Shown here one piece after another: positions 1 to 12,000 of a stretch of 64,000 nucleotides of DNA; positions within the stretch are counted from its first letter, which is position 1, and every line of letters starts with the position of its first letter. A program made the translations under genes and the position numbers. Location: NCBI GenBank assembly GCA_020137815.1, contig CM035362.1:4836001-4900000 (forward strand). The letters are read 5' to 3'. This stretch comes from Hormiphora californensis (lineage: Eukaryota; Animalia; Ctenophora). A model generated the notes under the pieces. The model had not been told where the DNA came from and did not search any database. It worked only from the letters and a program-made list of their open reading frames with translations.

Positions 1-3000
1 GAGGAAGAGTTTGGTAAAACATTCTGTTACCCGTGCAGGATCAAGTTTGATTCGGCCGAGGTAGGTTACTATCAATGGTAATGTATTAATTGCACTGAAC
101 TGCTGTAGACATCACCCACTCACTTCATACACACACAACACCCACACACATGACCAAGCCTGTACGACAGGTTATTGATCACCGGCTGTATTACAGCACG
201 AGAGAGCCGTCACTAGTATCGTGCAGTGATCCGTAGGTTACTATGTTATTATTATTGTTATTAACCTTGTTATTGTTACCCTTTTTATCCTTGATCTACT
301 CCTAGTACCCCGATTTATTGCAGGGGTTTGCAATTATATCGGGGCACTGGGGATCTAATATCTATCGAACCCCCTCACAGAGCGGTGTGGGCCTCACAAA
401 ATTGCACGCATATCAGTCATCACCTGAAATAGTTTTTTGTTAGAGTGTGCCATTTTCTGTTCTATTTGGGTGCCTTCAATAACACCCAGTACCCGCATCT
501 TGGTAATGAAACTACCCTTCCGCGCTAGAATATGCAATATAATAACAGGGGTGACTTCGTAACCAAACCCGCATCCCTGATGATCTGAACAAATCCAAAA
601 ACCCTTCTAATTAGTGTTTTAACCTGCAGAACCTGATCAAACATCAAGCGGGAGAGAAACACGCCCTAAAGGTGAAGGAGCTGTATCAGGACGAACACCC
701 TCCCCCGGCCCAGATCTGTCATGTGTGCAATATCTGGTTTACCAATGGACATGAGCTGGCTAACCACGAGCTACTTCTGATACACAAACAGGTAATTACA
801 TGTCATATTGCAATATATTGTCATGTAAAACATGTGCTATAATATATACCAGCTGTAACTGAAGCTTTGCTGTTTAGCTCTGGATTGATTTGAAAATCAT
901 TGAATTTTTTGCAACCTTCAGTCATTATTAATGTACACCGAGGGTCTCACACTACATTCACCATTTATGTTCATCTGGGCACGTCAACTCTACTCAACAT
1001 GAGCTGAAGCATGTAACCGACTTCTCCTTCGTTTTATCAGAAAAGGGCGGTCCTAACAAGAGTAGGCCTGATTATTGATATTGAGACTGGAGCAATTCAT
1101 TGGGCAGTACCTTCTTGTGCTGGGTCAGCCATGGCTCCTAAAGAGGATGTGGTCAGTGATCTAATCGTTGCGAGGATTTTTCACAAATTTGTATTTAGAT
1201 ATTTAAATATGCTCCTATTATTACTGGTACTCATAATACCACTAGGCCGGTGTACAATTGTTTACTCTAAATTTCTGTGAAAACTAGAACTTGTTTGCTT
1301 GCTCTAAAGCAAAGTTATAGCCGTTTAAACACGTGTGGAGCAAAATTCTGCGGAGCCCCCTCTACAGGAGATGTTTTTCATCCTTTCTCCTTGAAATTAT
1401 AGTAAATATACAATCAAATTATTTCTAGCTATACTGTTTAAAAATTAAAAGTCAGGAACTCAAATTGTGCGGAGCACATCGATTTTTTGTAGCAAATCTT
1501 ACTCTTTGGGGTTACTTAAAGTTACTTTACATTTTATTCATAAACTATTAGATTCTAGAGACATTTTAGGAGCTCTTCAAGTCATTAACTTGATCAAAAC
1601 ATTTACTCAAATTTGTGTGGAGCTGATTTTTCCTAGCCGATAATTTATTCCAAATTTAATCGACGGAAGATCTGCAGCTATACTTCCAAATAGAGTAATA
1701 AATCGAAAAGTAATAGGAGTAGCTTCTTGAAATAGGTCAATTAAGTTAGCAAAATGATAGTGGAGCAATATAAATGTATATTTCGAAGATACTGACTCAA
1801 AATATGTGGAGCAAATGAGCTTTTTTTGACAAAAACTGCTCCACATTGTTTGAGTTGTGTTTTAACGGGTTATTGATGTTGGAAATTAGTTGTCTAGATA
1901 ATTTGGCACCAAACAGGTATTACTTTAACCACAAAAATTAGCTCAAATTGTGCGGAGAAGCCCCTGAAGGAGCATTATTTTTTCTAGATAGTCATGAAGG
2001 TCGCCCAGAACATGGTACTGATCCTACTTTGGGCGTGTTCCTCCTTCCTAGTGGCTTGTTCAGCTTCTGATTCATTGCTCCACTGATTTTGAGTAAGGCA
2101 ATTAGTAATAATTGGTTAAACTACAACTAATATAATATTGGTTAAACAAACCAAAATATTCATCAAGGTCCAAGATACAAATGGTATTTCATGATTTTAT
2201 GTGTAACTGCTCCACACAATTTGAGTCACATGTTTAGGTATCAGTATTATTGTAATATTATGGTCCGATACATGATGTTTTGATGGAAATTAAACTTACT
2301 CTAGTCATATTCAATAATACATTATATACTTCGAAAATGAAGGGGAAAATAGTGTTTTGCTCCACAAATTTTGAGTCATAAGATTGAATTAGTGATCAAA
2401 TTAGTACTGTAGGTTGTTGTTACAACTTAACATATTGTTTTTAGTTTGTTTTTTAGTTAATTAAACCTGAAAAGTAGTAAATTACTAGAAAAATAATTTT
2501 AATCCATAAATAGAACGCCCGCTCCACACAATATGAGCATATCAAGGTAATTTTTTTTGCATGGAAATTAAACTTTAAATATTTGGGAAATGAGTTATAT
2601 GAATTTTAGAACATTATATTATGTTTATCTTACCTCAAATGGACAATAGAAAAAGTTACTCCTTCAAATAGCTATGGCTCCGCAAATTATGAGCAAACCT
2701 TTACTCTTCGGTAATTACGGTTCAGTTTCATCAATTATCTTGACATTTGCATATATCCGACTGTCATACTGATAAAACTCGAAAATCCAGGGAGCATTTA
2801 GCATCTTTGCCTTTGGGCTCCACATTATTTGAGTTGAAGGTTTAAAACACATGTAGTATACTAATTTAAACATATTTACATAAGTATACTAAATTTTATG
2901 TTGATTCAAGTACTCTAAGATGTCCTAATAAAGGTTTTAAAAATTTTGGTGGAAAATCCAACACCAACTTTTCCCAAAATCCTCGCAACGATTAGAACAC

Positions 3001-6000
3001 TGACCATGTTGGCAGACTCAACACCCGAGAAACACCTGACTACCCAACAACCTCCATTAGACAATGGGACAACGAAACCTCCGATCAAGTGCAGGATCGG
3101 GAGAATTCTTCTTACGGCTGTATGTCGAGTTCGACACGCCAAGAAAGAACTCTTCCGGAGTTATCCATGCTCATTCCCGGTGGCTCCAAAAGCCCGGAAA
3201 GTGACCATGATTTCTCCATTCATTCGACCGACTGTGTCGATGAGATCAACATCCACCCGGATGACGAGGAAGCTGTTCTGCTGGATGATCTGAAATCAAA
3301 GAAGGGGAACTCGCGACCGGTTGTATCTCAAAAGCGAGAAAGGCCGAGTTCTGCCTTCGGTGGTGAAGATATTGAACAGGGGAGGTCTGTCCGGCAACGT
3401 TCAATCTCCGTGAAAGTTAACCGTGAATCCCTTGAAGCAGAATGGCGGTGTTGTCGGTGTTCGACGAACAACTACAGGTCCAGGACTCTGTGTCGGAGCT
3501 GCTCTTATAGCCAATATAGGAGTGTTTCTGATGGACCGAGTGAGTCACGAGAGGAGCGTCGTCAGGTATCTTCCAGACAGACTTCTCAAGAAGACCGAGA
3601 GAGCGAACTCCAAAAGAAAACGGCGCGTGATCGAGAGATGACAGGACCGGATAAGAAGAGTATTTCCGAGAGTGGGTTGAGGACCCATCGAAGAAGGGGA
3701 GAAGAAGAACAAGAGAGAAGGGAGGAAAATGACGTCAGAAAGAAAGGGAAGGAAAGAAAGAAGAAAGATCGTGAGGAACAGCGGGAGGATGAGCCCCAGC
3801 CGAGCAGTAGTAAAAAGGAGGGGATCCCACCAAGAGGGTATTGGAATGCCCCTGAAATTGAAGAAGAAACTACGGAGGCGATGAGGGAAATCAAAGAGAA
3901 ATACCAGAAAAAAATGGAGGAGATAAATAACAGAAAACAGCACACAGCGAGGCTCCTGAAGTTCATACAAATGGTGAAGAAACAGAATGAAGCGTATCTC
4001 ATCCATCCGCGGGTATTTGTTGAACCCGGGGATTGTTTTGAAAAACTCCCCGATCACAGGCTATCTTTCTATGAGTGGAGCAAGTGGGACATAAGGGGAT
4101 ACTTCCCTATCAGACCCGTGGAGACGCTAGAAGAAAGAAGAAGAAGATTCGAAGAACTCCAAAAAATTACACGAGAAGGCACCTCATTAGAGGACAAATA
4201 CACCCGTCTGGCCGCTGTCGTCGAAGAAAGTATTGTGGACCTAATAGAGTGGGCGACTGAACGTTTAACTGAGTTGGTAATGGCTGGAAATCCAAAACTG
4301 TTACTTCCCCGTATTCCACTTGAGGATACGAAGAGGCTGAAGAAGAAGATCAATGACCAAATATTCCGCCTGGGTAATCTCTTGTTGACAGAGAGGATGA
4401 GAATCCTGACAAGGCCAAGGGCAACCACTCAAGAGCTGGCAGACCTCCTCGAGCTGGCGAGAAGGATTCTTCTCTTGGAGGAGTTCATGGAGGAAATCAA
4501 GCACCCCGCCTACAAAAGGGAATAAAGACCCCAAAGATATTTTCATGTTTTATAACGTTTTATAAATAGTGGTTGTATGTTGATGTTAGCAATGGAAAAA
4601 GTGAGGAAGTGTCATTTAAGGTAAATACGGGTCTCTCCAAGTATGTTTTTTTGGCTAGCTTATTTTTCTCTCTGTTGAAGTGCCCTCTCCATAGCAACAT
4701 TTTAGCTTCTAAACCGAGTGATTGACAGTTCTTAGTAAAGTTTTCTACAAAAGTGTACCGATTTATTTTCTAACTTTATTCCCACGAGATAACGACTATT
4801 TATTTGCCAGAGAGATGGCGAGGGATTTAAAGACGCTGATCCATCCCTCTTCGTGTCGGTGTCGACAAAATCCGATGGCTCGACATACTCATGGCCATTG
4901 TCCCAGTCACCTTAAATTTAGTTCTCTTTCTCACTGTCATTCATCAGCCATAGTTGTACTATATCGACCTCACACAGCATTCACCAAATTTTTACCTGAT
5001 CATATTGTGTCAAATCAAGTCAACAGATCTAGCCCCCAGCTCCTCAACCCAAAACATGTTGTAACCGATTTCCCTTTCGTTTTATCAGAAGCAGGCGGTT
5101 CTTGCGAGAGTGGGCCTGATGATCGACGAGGATACTGGAGCAATGCGTTGGGCAGAATCATCCTCATCTGGTGATAAGTTAATTTCCAATCCTACAGCAA
5201 TAGCTCCTCACTCCACTATCACGGCAACAACTCCTAGGTCCACAACGGTCACAGGAGATACCCGCTCAGAAGAAGAAGAAGAAGAAGGGGATACCGTCAG
5301 AGTAAAGACGGGAATGACGCCCCCTATTATAGCTGATGTTATTACCGAGATGGAAGGAGTGCTCGGCTCACAAATGTCTCATGACACTGCTGTAAATGAC
5401 TTGTGGGAGTCACTGTTACATGAGATTAGAGGTATACCAGAGAATGAAGCAGTAGGTGAAGCGATAGAAGAAGATGATGAAGGATTCCAAAGAAAAGAGG
5501 AAGAAAAGAGAGAGATGAACAGAGAAGAAGAGAAAAATAGAAACGAAGCAGCGAAAGAAGACGATATGAATGAGGAAACTGATGAGAAAGAAGCGGAAAA
5601 GATCCCGGAAGATCCCAGCAAAGAGAACCCGAAGAAGAATCGGGAAAGTGAGACCAAAGAGTTCCTTGAAAAGAAACGAGAAGCGGAGAACACTGAGCGA
5701 TATGATAAAAATCGGGAAACTGAGATCCGCACTAGCCAGCGTTCTAGTAGAAGAAGTCATAGCCCAGAGAAGGGATTGAAAGCTTACAGCAGCGACCGAT
5801 ATGAAAAGAAACGGAGATCTGAGAGCAGACAGCGATATGAGAAGAAACGGGAAAGTGAGAGCACAGAGCGATATGAGAGGAAATGGAGAGCAGAGAGCAG
5901 AGAGCGTTATGAGAGGAAACGGAGAGCTGAGAGCAGAGAGCGTTATGAGAGGAAACGGAAAAGTGAGAGCAGAGAGCGATATGAGAAGAAACGGGAAAGT

Positions 6001-9000
6001 GAGAGCACAGAGCGATATGAGAAGAAGCGTAGAGCTGAGAGCAGAGAGCGATATGAGAGGAAACGGAAAAGTGAGAGCAGAGAGCGATATGAGAGAAAAC
6101 GGAAAAGTGAGAGCAGAGAGCGTTATGAGAGGAAACGGGAAGATACCAGTAGAGAGCGCTATGAGAAGAAGCGGAAATGTAGGAGCGTGAGCGAAGAGTG
6201 CTCTGAGGAGAAACGGAAAGATGACAATAAAGAGTCGCCAAAAAGGAATCAGGTAACTGAGACCAAAGTGTGTCCTGCAACGAAACATGAAGCTGAGACC
6301 AAAGATTACCCTGATAAGAAAGAAGAAACTGAGCGCAAAGAGTGTCCTGCAACGAATCAGGAAACTGAGAATAAGGAGTCGCCAAATATGAATCAGGAAG
6401 TTGGGACCAAAGTGTGTCCTGAAACGACAAATGAAGCAGAGACCAAAGTGTGTCCTGAAACGAATCAGGAAGTTGGCAGCGAAGGGTGCCCAAAGACCAG
6501 ACCACCTGCAGGGAAGAAGATCACCTTCAATATCAAATGGAAACCATTAGGCCCTTGTTCCGCTGCTACAACCCCACCACCCTCTGCTCCTTCAGGCCCT
6601 TGCCCCGCTACTACAGCCCCACTCTCTGTGCCTTTAGGCCCTTGCTCCATTATACCCCCACTTGCTGTGCCTTTAGGCCCTTGCCCCGCTGCTACACTCC
6701 CACCGCTGGACGAAGATGATAATTTGAGAGCGATCAGAATGGCTAAGGCAGTACTTGAGGAGCAGGAGAGAAAGATCATGGAGAGTAGAAAGAGGGCCAC
6801 TACCATACCAAATCCTGCAGAAATAAAAACTCACTCCACTACCGTCGCAGAAGATACCTGCAGAGTAAATACCGGAATTACACCTGACCACCCAACGATA
6901 GAAAAGAAGAAGGGAGTTGAGAACAGTGAATGCCAAGAGAAGAAGCCAGAAACTGAGAGTCAAGAGAAGAAGACAGAAACTGAGACCAAAGAGAGCCCTA
7001 GGAAGGAACAGGGAGTTGAAAGCAATGAATGCCCTGAAAAGAAACGGGAAATCAGAGTAATTACCTATACCCCTGACATCCCAGCCTTGAGTGTTGAGAA
7101 GAAGCTGGAAACTGAGAACAGTGAGAGTCAAGAGAAGAAACAGGAAACTGAGAACAGTGAATGCCAAGAGAAGAAGTCAAAAACTGAGAGCAGTGAATGC
7201 CAAAAGAAGAAACTGGAAACTGAGAGCAGTGAGAGTCAAGAGAAGAGCCTGGAAACTGAGAGCAAAGATAGTCAAGAGAAGGGCCTGGAAACTGAGAACA
7301 GTGAATCTCCTAAAATGAACCAGGATGTTGGGAGTGAAGAGTGCTCTGCAACGAATCATGATTATGGGATTCTCAAGGGGCTAGAGTTTGTTACCGATCA
7401 GGAGATAAAGTCATACTACGATCTATACATACGTGAGGAGCTGGCGAGACGCCCTCCAGCGTGCCAAAATCTCATCCAAGGAACTCAACATCAAAAGAGT
7501 GGTAGATCATCCATTGCTAGAATTCGTCGTCGAGAGCGGGCCAGGGCACGACGTCAGACTCACCTACCAACCATCCCTCCACCCCAGCAGAACCTAAGAG
7601 AGGGTGGGACACCCTCTTCTACAACTCCTCACCAACTCATCCGCCGTCGACATCCATTAATGCGGGTCAGGACACCACCCCCTCAGCATCCCGTGATCCC
7701 ACCACCCCTACAGAACCTAAGCCTGGCTAGCCTGGCTAGCATGGCCCTGGGTATGAAACCAACTCCTCTACCTCCGTGCCAACCCATCATCCCACCACCA
7801 GAGCAGTATCTAACGGAAACCCCTGCCACTATCCATCGAACCATCGACACACCCCCTGCCGCTAACCGACCCACCATGGCCATCCCACCCCTTCAGCAAG
7901 ACCTAAGAGAGAGGACTGTGGCCATGGTACCACCTATCCGCCGACGCATTAGCCCGCCACGCCAGGAGGACCCAAGAGAGAGAACCCGGGCTAGGACACC
8001 CCCTGCCGCTACCCACCAGCACATCAGCCCGCCACCTCAGTATGACCGAAGAAAGAGGACTGTGGCCATGGTACCACCTATCCGCCGACGATTTAGCCCG
8101 CCGCGCCAGGAGGATCCAAGAGAGAGGACCCGGGGTTGGACACCCCCTTCTGCTACCCGCCCGGACCTAAGAGAGAGGAGCCGAGATTGGACACCCCCTT
8201 CCGCTGTCCACAGTGCCGTCAACCCATCCATCCAACATGATCGTACAGGAAGGACCGTGACTATGGCACCCCCAACCTCTACCCGCCGCCCCGCCATCCC
8301 GTCACCTCAGCAAGACCGAAGAGAATGGAGCCGGGGTAGGACGCCCCCTCCCTCTACCCGCCGCCCCGTCAGCCCGCCACCCCGGGAGGATCTAAGAGAG
8401 ATGATCCGGGGTAGGACGCCCCCTCCCTCTACCCGCCGCCCCGTCAGCCCGCCACCCCGGGAGGATCTAAGAGAATGGAGCCGCGGTAGGACACCCCCTC
8501 CCTCTACCCGCCGCCCCGTCAGCCCGCCACCCCGGGAGGATCTAAGAGAGATGATCCGGGGTAGGACGCCCCCTCCCTCTACCCGCCGCCCCGTCAGCCC
8601 GCCACCCCGGGAGGATCTAAGAGAATGGAGCCGCGGTAGGACACCCCCTCCCTCTACCCGCCGCCCCGTCAGCCCGCCACCCCGGGAGGATCTAAGGGAG
8701 ATGATCCGATGTAGGACGCCCCCTCCATCTACCCGCCGCCCCGTCAGCCCGCCACCCCGGGAGGATCTAAGAGAGATGATCCGGGGTAGGACACCCCCTC
8801 CATCTACCCGCCGCCCCGTCAGCCCACCACCCCGGGAGGATCTAAGAGTAAAGATATCGACCGGACCGAGGGAACACCGACCTGATCTGTTATTCAATTT
8901 GTCCTCGTGTACCAGTGAGAAGGAGATAAAGTTCCTGTGGGACAAGAGGACAGATTCATTCGATCGAGAGAATATCATCCCACCCCTTATCCTCAGACCC

Positions 9001-12000
9001 TACCGCTTTATCATGGCAGGCGTCCTGCGTCGGGTCGAACAGACCGTCGATCAACCTCTGGGGGAGAGGGCAGCCTCCCTGGCATGGTGTTGTAATGAGA
9101 TATTGGAAGTGTGGAAAGAGATACGGTCATACCGGGGGAACATTGGAGGAAAACGCTCTAATTCTAAGAGGATTAAGGGATTGTTCTTCCCCCTTTTCCT
9201 CTTCATCAGTGTACTCCAAGACACACTGAAGGCATCGCCTACAACAGTGCTGGTTGCTGCTTCAATTGACATCGCCAGGGAGGCGGCCAACCTAACAAAT
9301 CTAATGAGAGCTAAAGGCAGGTGGTGATAATCCACCCTCCCCTAGCCACCCTCCCGATTTTAAGAGACATTAAATAGCTGGACTGGAACTATTTTTAGAT
9401 CACAATATGTTACATTTAGAAGTTTACTCAAGAACGGAGAACCGCTGTGGTTTTCATGCTCCCAGCTCTGCAGTGTTGGAAGTTTGTTTGTCCTGTGGGG
9501 TCTGAGCGTGTGTCGTGTGAATATGATTCTATTTTTATGTATGATTATACTTTTTATCATTATTTTTATACATTTTTAATCAATTTTATATTCTTTTTAA
9601 TCGAACATTGTGTTTTACTCCCCAAATTTTCAATTATCACTACTTTTAACTCTGTCTCTCCCATAGCATGGCCTCAGCTGGTCTCTGTGTGTGTTTCTGT
9701 CCATAGTATGTAGGTGTGTTCTGTATACCTCCCGTACTGCCACCCACCTGCTATCGCTGGGGAGCAGCGATCATAGGTGTGTGTAGGTTGGAGTTTGATA
9801 CAATATGATTTCAGTCACCCAGTTTTTGGGTTGTTGAGTAATTGGGATGGTTGAAATGATCATTGGTGCAGCTCCCACTACCATAACAGAACCCTCAGAG
9901 CTCAGCTGCTTCAATTTTTAATCATTGCTGCATATAATAACCCTACATTTCTAATTCTTATCCTAAAATATAAAACTCTCGAATGTTTACTAACCCCTGC
10001 CTTTTCTCCCCTTTCAGAAACTTCGGATATTTACAAAGTATGGTATTTCTATCCCGGGTGTGGACTATGCACTCAACCCAAGAAGGAACATAACTGTGAC
10101 AATAGCTGATGACCCCGTCGTCAGCCCAAAGAAACAAGACAACAAGGAGGAGGTGAAATCTACTGGAAGCAGATTCTCAGAGGAGAAGAAGCCAACTAGC
10201 AGCAGGTTCTCAGACGCGGCCACCGAGAAGAAGTCGGCTGATCATGGTAAGCGCATTAGAGGAGGGGTTCTGAGGGGGAGGGAGGAGAGGGATTCTGAGG
10301 GGAGGGAGGGAGGAGAGGGATTTTGAGGGGGAGGGAGGGAGGAGAGGGATTTTGAGGGGTGTACTAATTTTGGGTTATGAGCAGATGTGGATGATTTTTG
10401 TGCAGTATTATGGTTCGACTTTTTGGGTGTTGGTCACAAACTTTATTACAGCAACCCCATCTCCCTATTTGAACAAAACATATACTGATAACAGAGAAAT
10501 TTCCAAATCTTTAACCCACCATCCTAACTTATGTCCCATTTCTCACCCTAGCACTCTTTTTCATCAGATTTCGCTGTCCCTGCGCCTCCCCTACCACCCA
10601 AAGCGCTGGCGGATATCTGCAAGTATCACGCAGAAGCCTCATCCTCGTCCTCAGAAGAGGACAAGCTCCCCGAAGAAAAGGGGAAGGAGAAAGGTAGACT
10701 GAAACGAAGGAGAAGAGGAAGAGGCCGTTTATTTGATTTTTGTTCTTTTGTGTTTATCTTTTGTGTCCCAAAAACTGCTCAAAAATCCCCAAATTTCACA
10801 CGAACTTCAAAATATCTTTGGGATTTTTGAGTAGAACAAACCAAATCAATTCATAACACAATTCCCTTAGGATCAAAAACCAGTAAATCTCGATACTCTT
10901 CTCGGCGACGATCACGATCTAGAAGCCGGAGTCCTAGAAGTCGACGATCCGAACGAAAACGACGAAGAAGTCGATCTCGATCACCGAAATCGTCTCGGAG
11001 GGTTAAAGCAGAGAAAAGCTACAAAAAGTTCGTGAAGTCGGACAAGTTTTCGATAAACCCGACGAGTAGCAAGACGAACGAGGAGGATAACGATGACTTC
11101 CAGGTTGTCGATCAGGAGGATGAAACCATTGAAATTAGTGATGATGAGCCCGAGGGGGAGCCAGCACCACCGGGAATCGGGGGCACTCCATCCACTTCTA
11201 CCAGTAGGGATGTCACAGGTCACGAGGACAAGGACGAGGAGGAGGAGGAGACTGTGAATGTGGTGTGTTTAGAAAGTGATGATGAGGAGGGAGAGGGGAA
11301 GAAGAAAGATGATCCTGTCAAACCAGATGGCGACAAAGATAATTCTAAATCAATGTGCCAGGAAGTTACTGTGGCCGATGATAATTGCTTGTCTACTGCC
11401 GAAGAGAAAGAAAGAGCGGAAAAGGGTGCGGCTGAAATAAAGGCAAAAGAAGAAAGAGAACGAGTTTTAGCCGAAGCAAGAGCTAAAGCAGAAAAAGAAA
11501 GGGCCGAAGCTCAAGCTGAAAAGGAGAGGATCTTGAAGGCAAAGAAAAGGGTGGAGAAGGAGAGGGCTGACGCTAAAGCTAAGATGGAAAGAGAAAAGGC
11601 GGAAAGAGAAAAGGTGGAAAGAGAAAAGGTGGAAAGAGAAAAAGCGGAAAAGAAAAGGATAGAAAAGGCTAGGGAGATAGCGGAAAGAGAACGGTTAGTA
11701 AAAGAACGTGCAGCAGCTGAAGCAAAAGCCAAGATGGAGCATGAGAGGCAACTACAGGAGAAGGCTATAGCTTTGGCGAAGGCTAAAGAAGAGAAAGAAA
11801 TTGAGGAACAGGAAAAGGCAATGAAGAAAGCAAAAGTAGAAGAAGATCGTAAGAGAAAGTTGGAAGCAGAAGCAAAGGCGAAAGTTGAAAAGAATATGAT
11901 TTTGGCACAGGCCAGGATAAAAGAGAAGGCTTTAGCTGAGAGGAAGGCTAAAGAAGAAAAAGAAATTGAGGAGCAGGAGAAGGCCATCGCGGAGGCTATG

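Noticed and set aside
1330-2835. CRISPR-like repeat/spacer appearance
   Set aside because: Motifs are short, degenerate, in both orientations and ~150 bp apart; no cas genes; eukaryotic transposon interior.
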